DNA of 64,000 nt from Candidatus Korobacteraceae bacterium (GTDB lineage Bacteria; Acidobacteriota; Terriglobia; Terriglobales; Acidobacteriaceae): contig JBEKQP010000001.1 of the NCBI GenBank assembly GCA_049519595.1, positions 3,399 to 67,398 on the forward strand. Direction: 5' to 3'. The position numbers and the translations under genes were made by a program. The notes beneath the pieces were generated by a model. That model was not told where the DNA came from, ran no database searches, and was given only the letters and a program-made list of their open reading frames with translations. This document shows positions 44,046 to 54,180 of the stretch, piece by piece (positions within the stretch are counted from its first letter, which is position 1; each line of letters opens with the position of its first letter).

Positions 44046-44083
44046 TTTGGCTGCGCCTTTTTTGTTGTTTTTTACGGTTGCGC
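44046..44083 (+). terminator. strong rho-independent terminator after the eRF1-like gene
   Basis: ggcgtggcc-tttt-ggctgcgcc forms a 9-bp stem with two G-U pairs, followed by ttttttgttgtttttt. Confidence 0.8.
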
Positions 44084-44140
44084 TACGATACGTTGGGTCG
44101 GTTAGCAACCTATGAGCAGCGTTGGGTCGGAGGCTGATCC

Positions 44141-44818
44141 ATGTCATTGCCGCAAGCATCACAGATACACTCCTTTTTCTCTTCCTTTGGCACTTTTTCG
44201 GTTGTGGCATTGAGTTCGGTGTTCTTTCTCGTCGATCCATTCGCCGCCATCCCGGCATTCCTGGCGATGACCGCGAACCATGAAGCTACGGTCAGACGCC
44301 GAATGGCGAAGCGCGCTGCCTGGACGTGTTTCGGAGTGCTGTCGGTGTTTGCATTGTCGGGCGGGATGATCTTCCGCATGTTTGGCATCACGCTGGCAGC
44401 TTTTGAAATCGCAGGTGGGTTGATTCTGTTGTTGATAGGGCTTGAGATGATTCAGGCGCGTCGCTCCGCCACCCAGGAACACACCAGTGAAACCCTGGAA
44501 GGAGCCATGAAGGAAGACATAGGAATTACACCGCTCGGCGTGCCGATGTTGGCCGGGCCGGGGGCAATTTCAACCGTGATGGTGCTGACCGGAGCTTCTC
44601 CGCGTTGGCTTCACATCTCGGTGGTGTGGTTGGCCATCGTGGTGACGTCCTTCGCCTCTTACGTGATCCTGGCGGGTGCGGACCGCATTCGCCGACGGCT
44701 TGGCGAAACGGGAATCCGCATCATGATGCGCATGATGGGCTTGCTGCTGACCGCCATCGCAGTCCAGTTCGTGATCAACGGGTTGGTTTTGATTGGCGTG
44801 ATTCAGGGTGGTGGGTAA
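44141..44818 (+). CDS. MarC-family (UPF0056) membrane protein
   Basis: FFLVDPFAAIPAFLAMT...FGITLAAFEIAGGLILLLIGLEMI. Confidence 0.85.
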   Translation: MSLPQASQIHSFFSSFGTFSVVALSSVFFLVDPFAAIPAFLAMTANHEATVRRRMAKRAAWTCFGVLSVFALSGGMIFRMFGITLAAFEIAGGLILLLIGLEMIQARRSATQEHTSETLEGAMKEDIGITPLGVPMLAGPGAISTVMVLTGASPRWLHISVVWLAIVVTSFASYVILAGADRIRRRLGETGIRIMMRMMGLLLTAIAVQFVINGLVLIGVIQGGG

Positions 44819-44940
44819 GGCCGCGACGCTGAGAGCTGACGGCGGGAACCTGGCTTTTTTTCAGGCGCGATGGTTCCGTTTGGGGCGAGGTGGTTTTTGG
44901 GCGTAAGTTACGATAAACCTGTTTACAACAATGAACTGGA

Positions 44941-45396
44941 ATGTTCGCGCCATTTCAGCGTAAATTGCTGCAAGTGAAACGCCTTCAGCAGGACAAACCG
45001 AGCCTCCTAGAAGGACAGCTAAGCAAGCGTGGGACAGCTATCCTTGTCGTGATATTCCTCGCGATTGCCATCGCAGCCGACCAATTACGACCGGGGTGGG
45101 GGCGTTCCGCAGGAACAACCGCTGGCGTCTTTGCCGCCGCTTCAGTCATGTGGCCACAGTTCCGAAGAGAATGGTGGTTTTGGTTCACACTGTTGCCGCT
45201 GTTCGCTCTGCAAGTGATCGTCTTTGTGCGCTTTCAGGGATTCCGATTGTTTGTCGAGCAGGCAGCCCCCGCTGTGTGGTTCCTGCTCGGCCTAGCAGAC
45301 TTCGTGTGCGTTGCAACGGCAGTGGTTCTTATAGCTCAATTTGCAAGACGAAGGAAGGGCACTGGATGCGAGAAGAACGAACACAGTTCATCGTAA
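44941..45396 (+). CDS. hypothetical membrane protein
   Basis: Four hydrophobic segments and no recognised family. Confidence 0.45.
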   Translation: MFAPFQRKLLQVKRLQQDKPSLLEGQLSKRGTAILVVIFLAIAIAADQLRPGWGRSAGTTAGVFAAASVMWPQFRREWWFWFTLLPLFALQVIVFVRFQGFRLFVEQAAPAVWFLLGLADFVCVATAVVLIAQFARRRKGTGCEKNEHSSS

Positions 45397-45491
45397 TTGT
45401 TGTGAAATCGTCTTCTCAACAATTAGGGGCGAGATGAGCGCGAGTGGGAGATAAAGCGCAAATTGGGTCAACCGGCGACACCAGAAGAAAT

Positions 45492-45643
45492 TACCCCAGG
45501 TTAGCGTCGAAGAGCGCGGCGCGGAACCTGGGGCACCTGGCTGGTGGCCCACTCAACGCGTTGTTCGTTGAGTGGGGTAGTTAAGGAGTATGTTCAATGA
45601 TCACTACCCCACTCAAGCCAACAGAAGGCTTGAATGGGGCACC
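45492..45643. repeat. three REP-A hairpins (one variant, one forward, one reverse)
   Basis: Copies at 45492..45537, 45543..45580 and 45604..45643. Confidence 0.8.
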
Positions 45644-45671
45644 CAAACCTGCACACTCCTACACAAACAGC

Positions 45672-46850
45672 TCAGAAGGCGTCAATCCCGGTGATGGCCG
45701 TGCCCAGGATAAGGGTGTGGACATCGTGGGTTCCTTCATAGGTCTTGACCGACTCCAGATTCGCCATGTGGCGGAAGACCGGGTATTCGTCGGCGATGCC
45801 GTTGGCGCCCAGAATATCGCGCGCCAAACGTGCGCACTCCAGCGCCATCCAGACGTTATTCCGCTTGGCCATGGAGATGTGCTGGTGTCCAGCTTTTCCC
45901 TCATCCTTAAGACGGCCGACTTGCAGGACGAGGAGTTGTCCCTTGGTGATCTCGCTCAACATCCAAACCAGCTTCTCCTGCACCAGTTGATGCGATGCGA
46001 TCGGCTTGTCATGGAACTGCTTGCGGAATAACGCATACTGAAGCGCCGTGTCGTAGCACGCCATAGCGGCGCCGAGCGCTCCCCACGCAATCCCGTACCG
46101 GGCCTGGTTCAAACACATGAGCGCCGACTTAAGCCCATCGGATTTCGGCAGGATGTTCTGACAGGGAATGCGGACGTCCTGCAACGAGAGGGAAGAGGTG
46201 ACCGAGGCGCGCAGCGACCATTTCCCGTGCACGTCCTGTGCACTGAAGCCGGGCCGATCGGTCTCGACCAGAAAACCGCGGACTTTGCCGTCTTGTTCCT
46301 CGTTCTTTGCCCAGATCACGGCAACGTCGGCAATGGAGCCAGAGGTGATCCACATTTTCTCGCCGCTCAGCACGTACTCGTGGCCCTCGCGGCGCGCACG
46401 CGTGCGCATGGCCCCGGGATTGGAGCCCGCATCGGGTTCGGTGAGGCCGAAGCAGCCGAGTTTATCTCCCGCAGCCATCGGTGGAAGCCACTGTTCTTTC
46501 TGTTCTTCGCTGCCGAAGGCGTGAATGGGATACATGCAGAGCGCCGATTGTACGCTGACGAAGGAGCGCACGCCGCTATCTCCGCGTTCCATCTCCTGCA
46601 TGATGAGGCCGTACTCGACGTTGTTCATCTCGGCGCAGCCATAACCCCGCAAGGTGGCGCCGAAGAATCCGAGTTCGGCCATGGGTTGCACCAGTTCCCG
46701 CGGGAAGCGGCCGTCCCGGTTGCACTCTTCGATGATGGGAATCAGATTGTCTTCGATGAACTGGCGCGAAGTGTCACGCACCATGATTTCTTCGTCGGAA
46801 AGTAGCGAATCGAATTGGATGAAATCGAAGCCCTTAAATTTGATTGCCAT
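45672..46850 (-). CDS. acyl-CoA dehydrogenase, glutaryl-CoA dehydrogenase-like
   Basis: GCFGLTEPDAGSNPGAM, EKMWITSG, and the C-terminal YEGTHDVHTLILG. Confidence 0.88.
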   Translation of the reverse strand: MAIKFKGFDFIQFDSLLSDEEIMVRDTSRQFIEDNLIPIIEECNRDGRFPRELVQPMAELGFFGATLRGYGCAEMNNVEYGLIMQEMERGDSGVRSFVSVQSALCMYPIHAFGSEEQKEQWLPPMAAGDKLGCFGLTEPDAGSNPGAMRTRARREGHEYVLSGEKMWITSGSIADVAVIWAKNEEQDGKVRGFLVETDRPGFSAQDVHGKWSLRASVTSSLSLQDVRIPCQNILPKSDGLKSALMCLNQARYGIAWGALGAAMACYDTALQYALFRKQFHDKPIASHQLVQEKLVWMLSEITKGQLLVLQVGRLKDEGKAGHQHISMAKRNNVWMALECARLARDILGANGIADEYPVFRHMANLESVKTYEGTHDVHTLILGTAITGIDAF

Positions 46851-47071
46851 AAGCCCTCAGGGCAGACGCCTGTTCGGCCCTGCCGCATATGAATTGAATT
46901 TGTAAAGCGAACCTAGCCAACCTTAGCACAACAGCCGGGAAAATGAAGGGGCATGGGCAATCCTGAGGGCTGAGAACCCCGGGAGAATGAACCTTGGGGC
47001 AAGCAATGAGCGATAATCTGACAAGAGCGGCACAGGCGATTTTTCCACCGCGCAAGCACCTGCGATGGCGC

Positions 47072-47100
47072 AAAAAATAGGGGAGTCGATGAGACTCCCC
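47072..47100 (-). terminator. orphan intrinsic-terminator-like hairpin on the minus strand
   Basis: The minus strand reads ggggagtc-tcatc-gactcccc-ta-tttttt, with a perfect 8-bp stem. It lies in the divergent intergenic region upstream of the acyl-CoA dehydrogenase gene. Confidence 0.4.
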
Positions 47101-47155
47101 ACAGAAGCGACAGAGGCGATATCAGTTGGTGAGATTCAGGTAGGGAGCGCTCTGG

Positions 47156-48244
47156 TTGCATCCTGTCCAGGCGAAAAGGGTGAAAGTATTGGCAGCGATT
47201 CAATCGCAGCGGTGGTCTCTGGGTGAGGAGCTATGGCACTCGTTCGGCGGTCATCGCATGCGGTATCTGCGGCTTACACCCCAGCAAGCCAGCAGGATTC
47301 CAGCCCAGCGCTTCAAAAGCCAAAGCGCCGGGGACCCCAGGCTTGCCTGGGATCCGGGGCTGGGGCCGTGCCTTCATTCTTCGCTTTCACCGTTGGTTCT
47401 GATTCATGGACTTTTGGGCTATTCGTTTTCCTGGCGCCACAATCTTGAAGCTTTGGCGCATGCGCGTGAGGTATACGCGGTTGATCTGCTCGGCATCGGT
47501 TACTCGGACCGCCTGCGTCCAGGCACTGTGGACTTCGGTTTGCACGCGACGGCCGTGCGCATGCTCGAATGGCTTAAGGCGCTTGGGCTGAGAAATGTGG
47601 ATCTGCTGGGCACATCGCACGGAGGCGCCGTGGCGATGATGATGGCCGCGCTGGAGCGCGAGCAGCAGGGTAGCGGCATGGCTGTTGGAAAGCTTGTGCT
47701 GGCCGCGCCGGCGAATCCGTGGTCGCACTTGGGAGCAATGCGTCTTGCTTTTTTGGGTTCCAACGTCGGACGGTGGACGGCCGGAGTGGCGACGCGGACC
47801 TTTGAGAGGCAGCTTCGGGCCGTACGCTCGCTGGGGCTGAGGCGCATGTACGGCGATGCAACGAAAATCACGCTCGATACCCTGGATGGCTATGGCCGGA
47901 TGATGGATTTGCCGGGGACGATCGAATATGCGCTGGAGATCGTGGGCTCGTGGAAACAAGACATGCGCGAGCTGAAATCGCGAGTTGATGCTCTGGCCAA
48001 TGTGCCCACTTTGCTGCTGTGGGGTAGCCTGGATGGCGCTGTTGCCCCGGAAAGCGCTTGCGTACTGGCGGCCAATCTGAAGAATGCGCGGTTGATCGTC
48101 ATGAACGGCATCGGCCATATGCCTTATGAGGAGGCACCGGAGCAGTTCAACAGTCTGGTGCTGGATTTTCTTGATTGTGGTGATTCTCTTGCCGAACAGG
48201 GTGAACGTTCGAGTTCGCCGGATTCGGGCGATCTGCTAATGTAG
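47156..48244 (+). CDS. alpha/beta-fold hydrolase
   Basis: LVLIHGLLGYSFSW, the nucleophile elbow LLGTSHGGAVA, and GIGHMPYEE. The start (TTG 47156) is uncertain. Confidence 0.8.
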   Translation: MHPVQAKRVKVLAAIQSQRWSLGEELWHSFGGHRMRYLRLTPQQASRIPAQRFKSQSAGDPRLAWDPGLGPCLHSSLSPLVLIHGLLGYSFSWRHNLEALAHAREVYAVDLLGIGYSDRLRPGTVDFGLHATAVRMLEWLKALGLRNVDLLGTSHGGAVAMMMAALEREQQGSGMAVGKLVLAAPANPWSHLGAMRLAFLGSNVGRWTAGVATRTFERQLRAVRSLGLRRMYGDATKITLDTLDGYGRMMDLPGTIEYALEIVGSWKQDMRELKSRVDALANVPTLLLWGSLDGAVAPESACVLAANLKNARLIVMNGIGHMPYEEAPEQFNSLVLDFLDCGDSLAEQGERSSSPDSGDLLM

Positions 48245-48272
48245 GGAGTTCACCCGACACACGAAATTCCGA

Positions 48273-49040
48273 TTGACGAACGCGCGGAGTTTTGCGGTGA
48301 TACTTGATTGGGCTCACCAAGCCCAGGCGGCGGTGCGCTTGCACGGATTAGGCAGTCACATTTTCGAGATTCTCCGCGGGTACTTTGCCGCCTACGGATA
48401 CTGGACGTTGTTTTTCGCCCTGTTGCTCGAAAATGCCGGTCTTCCGTTGCCGGGCGAAACGATACTGCTGTTTGCAAGTTTTCTTGCTTTTTCTGAGCAG
48501 CAGCTCCAGTTGCCGTGGATCATTCTGGCCGGAACTTTAGCCGCAACCATTGGCGACAACCTAGGCTACTCGATTGGACGGCGGGGCGGGCGTCTTTTGC
48601 TTGACCGCTATCTGCATGTGCTTCGGATTCGCCGGCAAACCATCGAGCACGGTATCAAGAAGGGTGAAGAATTGTTCCGGCGGCATGGCGATCTGACCAT
48701 CTTCTTTGCCCGCTTCATTTTTGGAATGCGCATTATTGCCGGGCCGCTGGCCGGCATCTTGAGGATGCCGTGGGGCAAGTTCGTGCTGTTTAACTTTCTT
48801 GGCGCCGTTACATGGGTTACTGTTATCGCAGTTGCAGGCTATCAGTTCGGGGAGCACTGGACAGAGCTCATCAAGATGATGGGCAGGGTGCATCTGGCGA
48901 TTACAGTGCTCGCGGGATATGTCGCTTTGTTGATGTGGCGCCGCTACCGAGCCGCACGGCAAAAAACGAAGGGCGTCGCTGGCGAAAGTGTCGAGAAGCA
49001 ATCGGGGGAGGAGATTGAGACTGGCTCGCGTCCGCGATGA
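48273..49040 (+). CDS. DedA-family membrane protein
   Basis: YGYWTLFFALLLENAGLPLPGETILLFASFLA and FIFGMRIIAGPLAG. Confidence 0.85.
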   Translation: MTNARSFAVILDWAHQAQAAVRLHGLGSHIFEILRGYFAAYGYWTLFFALLLENAGLPLPGETILLFASFLAFSEQQLQLPWIILAGTLAATIGDNLGYSIGRRGGRLLLDRYLHVLRIRRQTIEHGIKKGEELFRRHGDLTIFFARFIFGMRIIAGPLAGILRMPWGKFVLFNFLGAVTWVTVIAVAGYQFGEHWTELIKMMGRVHLAITVLAGYVALLMWRRYRAARQKTKGVAGESVEKQSGEEIETGSRPR

Positions 49041-49089
49041 TCGGCGCGGATGCGGGCGGGGAACGCCTCGAACCAGTTCTTACAGGTGA

Positions 49090-50457
49090 ATGCAATCATT
49101 CAGCGTACATAGAGAAACGATTATCCGCTCGGTGATCGCGGTGTTTGGACTCGCCATGGCGTTTGCGGCGGCGGTCCTTTCGTCGGCGGCCCGCGAGACG
49201 GGAAACCTGGTGGCTACAGCTGTTCTCGCCTCTGCTGCACTGCTGCTCTCAGCCGTGGTTGCCATTGCCACCGTGCCTTACCTGACAAAGCGCATTGTTG
49301 CCGAACGCGTGCGTGATGCGCTCGATTACCAGATCACGAAAGAGGGGATGGTCTATCTCGGCTTTGTGCTGGTGATTGCCATTGCGGCCCTGAACACCGG
49401 GAACAATCTGCTGTTCCTGATCGTGTCCGCGCTGTTGGCCGCAATTGCGGTCAGCGGAGCGGCTTCGGCCGCGGAACTGCGCGCCCTCGACCTGACGGCC
49501 AATTTCCCCGAACATGCATTTGCGAAGAAGGCGTGTCCGGCCCACATCACGGTCAGGAACCACAGCCGCTGGTTGCCCGCATTATCCATCGCCGTCGTCT
49601 CGCCTCGCCAAAAAGGGTCCAAGACGGTCTGGCATTGGCAGCCAACCAAGTTTGAGTTTCCCAAACCCTCCACTGGACGCCAGCCGTGGCTGCGCTTGCG
49701 AGATTTGAAGCTGGAACGCACTCAGAAAATTGAGCCGCCTTCCATTCTGCGGCAACCGATGTACTTTCCCTACATCGGCCCGAGAGGCTCGGCCGGAGCT
49801 GAGTTAGCGCTGTTCTTTGACCGCCGCGGACGGTATGTGCAGAACGCGTTCGGCATTTCGACTCGATTTCCTTTTTCGTTTCTGCTTAAGACTCGCAAGG
49901 TGGTTCTGAACCGCGAGTTGATCGTTTATCCAAAGGTCGAACAGACTGAAGAATTTTATGAGATGTTGCCGCTGATTACAGGAGAGTTTGAGAACCACAT
50001 CCGGGGCCGCGGGCACGACCTCTATCGCATTCGTGATTACGAACCGGAGGACTCAGCCCGCCATGTGGATTGGAAATCGAGCGCAAAAACGGGTGTTCTG
50101 AAGATTCGAGAATTTGCCAGGGAAGATGAGCACCGGCTTCGAATCGTATTCGACAACGCCTCTCCCGGAATGGCTTCGGCTGAGCGCTATGAACGCGGCG
50201 TGAGCCTGTGCGCTTCGCTTGCCTTCTACCTGGCGGAGCAGAGCGCGTCGCTGACCTTTGCGGCACAAAGTCTTGGCGAGCCCACGCTTTGGGGCTTTTT
50301 ACATCATTTGGCGCTGGTTGAGCCCGCAGCCGATCCTTCGATCCTCGATTCGCTACCGCTTGGGGCCGACTTCAACCTGGTACTCACCTGGAGACCACGC
50401 GGGACGGTAGTCACTTCAGTGTGGCAGTCCTCCTATGTGGTGTTTCTCAATTCATAA
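49090..50457 (+). CDS. DUF58-domain protein with an N-terminal membrane region
   Basis: IRDYEPEDSARHVDWKSSAKTGVLKIREF is the DUF58 signature. No MoxR-type ATPase gene is adjacent. Confidence 0.8.
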   Translation: MQSFSVHRETIIRSVIAVFGLAMAFAAAVLSSAARETGNLVATAVLASAALLLSAVVAIATVPYLTKRIVAERVRDALDYQITKEGMVYLGFVLVIAIAALNTGNNLLFLIVSALLAAIAVSGAASAAELRALDLTANFPEHAFAKKACPAHITVRNHSRWLPALSIAVVSPRQKGSKTVWHWQPTKFEFPKPSTGRQPWLRLRDLKLERTQKIEPPSILRQPMYFPYIGPRGSAGAELALFFDRRGRYVQNAFGISTRFPFSFLLKTRKVVLNRELIVYPKVEQTEEFYEMLPLITGEFENHIRGRGHDLYRIRDYEPEDSARHVDWKSSAKTGVLKIREFAREDEHRLRIVFDNASPGMASAERYERGVSLCASLAFYLAEQSASLTFAAQSLGEPTLWGFLHHLALVEPAADPSILDSLPLGADFNLVLTWRPRGTVVTSVWQSSYVVFLNS

Positions 50458-50602
50458 AAAATTTCGAAAAATTTAGTTGTGATCCAGAGCCGGATTGCGA
50501 CATATACTGTGCCTCTTCAGGCTGCGTGGGGCAGCCACACACAATCAGCTATTTGTGATTTGCGTTTGAGATGGGCGCAGCAGCGTTCACGGAGGCCGTT
50601 CC

Positions 50603-51028
50603 ATGAGCACCATTCGTGATCTGATTCAAGGTCGCAAAGTCCACAGCTTGCAGGCAACCGAGTCCGTCATGAGCGCCGCGCTCTACATGACACAGTGCAA
50701 TATCGGCGCCATCCCGGTAATGGACGGGGAGCGATTGGCCGGCGTGTTCTCCGAGCGTGACATCCTGATGCGGGTGGTGGCCGCAAAGCGCAGCCCGGAG
50801 ACGACGCTTTTGCATGAAGTGATGACCACGGAGCCGTTCATCGTCGGCCCCGATGACCCGGTCGAGCGCTGCATGATCGCCATGAAGCAGCATGGCTTCC
50901 GCCACCTTCCCGTATGTGAAGGCGAAAGACTCGTGGGTTTCATCTCGCTGCGAGATTTGCTGCTGCACGATCTGGACGAAAAAGAAGTGGACCTTCGGAT
51001 GATGCGCGCTTATCTCAATGCGAGTTGA
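50603..51028 (+). CDS. CBS-pair domain protein
   Basis: Two CBS repeats (IGAIPVMDGERLAGVFSERDIL and FRHLPVCEGERLVGFISLRDLL). Confidence 0.88.
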   Translation: MSTIRDLIQGRKVHSLQATESVMSAALYMTQCNIGAIPVMDGERLAGVFSERDILMRVVAAKRSPETTLLHEVMTTEPFIVGPDDPVERCMIAMKQHGFRHLPVCEGERLVGFISLRDLLLHDLDEKEVDLRMMRAYLNAS

Positions 51029-51080
51029 AAGCTAGACTTCTGGCTGGGTACGAATCTCGAAAGCGCACATCATATCCAAT

Positions 51081-51141
51081 TGTCATGGCGAGCGAAGTCG
51101 AGCCACCTTTTGTTCCTGCCGCCGAAAACATAGGGTGGCTC
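51081..51141. repeat. REP-B variant plus hairpin
   Basis: tgtcatggcgagcgaagtcgagccacc, then the gagccacc...ggtggctc inverted repeat. Confidence 0.6.
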
Positions 51142-51280
51142 CGCGCCGCGCCTGAATAGCTTTTTGCTGATCGAGTGCAATGTGCGGGTAAGCAGCATCG
51201 CTGCTCCGGCCACAGGCGTTCGGCGCTTTGGTCACCATGACATTCCCTGACAATTCTTGAAGGCATCAATAAGGGACTGC

Positions 51281-51775
51281 CTATTCGCGGGATTTCAACT
51301 TCAATGAGCCGATCACTTGGGCTCCGGTTCGAGCTTCTCTCGAAACCAGAGGCGCGCTGGTGTTGCAGGTTGCCAGCAGCAGCGTCTTTCCATTGCTGAG
51401 AAACGTGACGAGCCAGTGGTCGCCTTCAGGGTCACGAAATCTTGCACACGCTTTTTGCCGGGTTCCTTTCTCTGGCTTGCCGCGTCCAACGCTGGGCGCT
51501 GTCTGCATAAACCTTTTGAGAAAGTCGCGCGCATCGAGTGCCCCGGTTGTTTTGTCCTGCTTGAAAGCAGTCACGATCACCGATGTAGTTTCCGAGGGAG
51601 CTTCAATCTCGAGATCGTCGTTGGTTTGCCGCAGCGTCCAGAACGGAGGTACGGCGATGCTGACGTGTCCTCGGGGAACGGTGTAGATTCCAGGCTTGCT
51701 TTGACCATTACGGCTGTGCTTGGCGATCTTTTTGGAAGTTTTTTTCGATGTTGCCATGGGGTCCTCGTGATTCAA
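51281..51775 (-). CDS. hypothetical protein
   Basis: 164-aa ORF with a lysine-rich N-terminus and no recognised family. Confidence 0.5.
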   Translation of the reverse strand: MNHEDPMATSKKTSKKIAKHSRNGQSKPGIYTVPRGHVSIAVPPFWTLRQTNDDLEIEAPSETTSVIVTAFKQDKTTGALDARDFLKRFMQTAPSVGRGKPEKGTRQKACARFRDPEGDHWLVTFLSNGKTLLLATCNTSAPLVSREARTGAQVIGSLKLKSRE

Positions 51776-51891
51776 CTTGGGAAAGAATCTGGGCTGCGCC
51801 GGCGTAGTGTTTTCCCAGAAGTTCTACAGAATGAACTTATCGGAGCCATATTAGCGTCATGCGCCCAGTCCTACGCGTGGACATGGGGAAT

Positions 51892-54081
51892 TCACTTCTG
51901 TCGAATGGAGCCATAGATCAATCGCGTAAGCTCTTCTGGATCGCTGACCGGAGGTTGACAGGTGAAGCCGCTGCACACGATCGCCACGGCCCGTCCCTTT
52001 GCCAAGTCAGCCAGATGCGGCACGGAATCGGCGAGAGCTGGCGGAAGATAGGCGGCAACGGCTTCCTCCTCAGTGACGTGAATGAGCGTCTTGTTGACCG
52101 CAAACGGTCTGGCTGCAGCGGCATGCAGGGCATCGGGCGCAGGCCCGTCGCCTACCAGCACGACCTGCGTGTAGGGGCGCGCCAGCCAGATCGCGGCAAG
52201 GCCATAGGTGCCGGCATAAATGCCGAACTGCTCGGCCACGCCGGCGAATATCTCCAGCGTTTTCGTCGCGAGTTCACGGTAATGATTCTCGTTGGTCAGT
52301 GAGTAAAGCCGGAGCATCACAATCGCGGCGGCGGAATCCCCGGCCGGAGTTGGCGAATCCTGAAATGGCTTGCGTCGGGCGGTGAGTGCGCCGATAGCGG
52401 TCGCGTTGCTGTCGCTGGCCGTATCGAAGAAGCCGCCATCCTGCTGGTCGTAGAAATGAGCAACCATAAAGTCGGCGATCGATTTACCAAAGCGGAAATA
52501 GCTGAGGTCAGCGGTGCTTTCATACGCCTCGAAGCAGGCGAGTGCGGTGAAGGCGTAGTCGTCGAGCAGACCCGCAACCGGACGCCTCCGAGCGCCGGTG
52601 GGCTCCGCGCCAGGAGCATTGTCAGACCTCTCGGCCGGGGAGCCCTGCTCGGAGTAGGCGATCACGTGAAGCAAGCCGCGCTCGGGGTTCCACGCTTCAC
52701 TCAGTATGCGGTCCAGAGAGCGCAGGGCGAAGCTACGCGCTTCCGTCATGCCGGTTTCAGGACCAAGCACCCTCGCCGCCTGCAAATAAGCGGAAATGCA
52801 GAGCGCGTTCCAGCTTACGTAGACAGTCTTGTCAATGTAGGGAATGGGACGGCGAAGGCGAGCTGCGTACATTTTCTTTTTTGCCGAGTTGATCAGCGCA
52901 TCGATCTGTTGGCGCGAACGGCCGGTGCGGGATGCAATCTCCTCGGCCTGGGTCTTTACCCAAAGTACATTCTTGGCGTGGTTGTGGTGCATCTCGCCAA
53001 CTTCTTCAATGTCATAGTGGAGGCTGGCAACTTCAAATTCGTCGTCATCGAGAATCGCGCGCGCCTCGTCACGGGTCCATGTGAAGTGATCGCCATCGTC
53101 ATCCATGTCGATGTCGGCATCTTGCGAAGCATAAAATCCGCCGCGTTCACGGTCGCTCAGGCACTCATCCATCCAGCGCATGATGTCGCGGGCAACGCTG
53201 GCGAAGAACAGATTGCCTGTCGCCTGATAGCCATGGACGTAATTCTTCAGCAGCTCCGAATTGTCATAGGCCATCTTCTCGAAATGTGGAACGCACCAGC
53301 GCTCATCGACCGAATAGCGATGAAAGCCGCCCGCAAGCTGATCGTAGACGCCGCCGCGCGCCATCTTTTCCAGCGTTGTCGTAACGACGGTTCCTACTTG
53401 CTCTTCTCCGGTGCGTACATACCAGTCGATGAGCAAATCGAGCGCGGACGGATGAGGAAACTTAGGAGCAGCGCCGAAGCCGCCATTTTGTTTATCAAAA
53501 ATGCCGAGCCCGGACTGTACCATCTGCTCGACAATGCGCGGCGAAAATGCGCCTGAACGTCCCAACAGGCCCTCGGCGTGAGAGAGTGCGTGCATGAGTT
53601 TGCCGGCTTCCTCTTCCACGTCGTTGCGGCGCTCGCGAAAAGCCTCGGCAATGGCCAGCAGAATCTTGCGGAAGCTCGGACGGCCCATGGCATCCTGAGG
53701 AGGGAAGTAGGTTCCGCCGTAGAAAGGCTTGCCCTCGGGCGTCAGGAATGCCGTTAGCGGCCAGCCGCCCTGTCCGCTGATGGCCGCCACCGCCGTCTGG
53801 TAGCGTGAATCCACGTCGGGGCGCTCGTCGCGATCAACCTTAACCGGCACGAAGTGCGTGTTGATGATCTCGGCCACCTCGGGCGACTCATAGGATTCGC
53901 GATCCATGACGTGGCACCAGTGGCACCAGACAGCCCCTATGTCGAGCAGGATGGGCTTGTTTTCGCGCTGCGCTTCGGCAAAGGCTTCGTCGCTCCACTC
54001 CCGCCAGCGTACGGGCTGATGCATGGCGGAGCGAAGGTAGGGAGAAGATGACTGCGCCAACAGATTTTGGCTCGTGCTCAT
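51892..54081 (-). CDS. thioredoxin-domain protein, YyaL/DUF255 family (thioredoxin-like N-domain plus alpha/alpha-toroid)
   Basis: PVRWREWSDEAFAEAQRENKPILLDIGAVWCHWCHVMDRESY. Confidence 0.9.
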   Translation of the reverse strand: MSTSQNLLAQSSSPYLRSAMHQPVRWREWSDEAFAEAQRENKPILLDIGAVWCHWCHVMDRESYESPEVAEIINTHFVPVKVDRDERPDVDSRYQTAVAAISGQGGWPLTAFLTPEGKPFYGGTYFPPQDAMGRPSFRKILLAIAEAFRERRNDVEEEAGKLMHALSHAEGLLGRSGAFSPRIVEQMVQSGLGIFDKQNGGFGAAPKFPHPSALDLLIDWYVRTGEEQVGTVVTTTLEKMARGGVYDQLAGGFHRYSVDERWCVPHFEKMAYDNSELLKNYVHGYQATGNLFFASVARDIMRWMDECLSDRERGGFYASQDADIDMDDDGDHFTWTRDEARAILDDDEFEVASLHYDIEEVGEMHHNHAKNVLWVKTQAEEIASRTGRSRQQIDALINSAKKKMYAARLRRPIPYIDKTVYVSWNALCISAYLQAARVLGPETGMTEARSFALRSLDRILSEAWNPERGLLHVIAYSEQGSPAERSDNAPGAEPTGARRRPVAGLLDDYAFTALACFEAYESTADLSYFRFGKSIADFMVAHFYDQQDGGFFDTASDSNATAIGALTARRKPFQDSPTPAGDSAAAIVMLRLYSLTNENHYRELATKTLEIFAGVAEQFGIYAGTYGLAAIWLARPYTQVVLVGDGPAPDALHAAAARPFAVNKTLIHVTEEEAVAAYLPPALADSVPHLADLAKGRAVAIVCSGFTCQPPVSDPEELTRLIYGSIRQK

Positions 54082-54180
54082 GGCAGTTAAAGTGTACCGC
54101 TAGAGGGAGGTCCTGTGTTCAGTTTGAACATATGCGTCCGAGCGTGGCGTGTGCGCCTTTTCGGCCATCCGGACCTGGGC

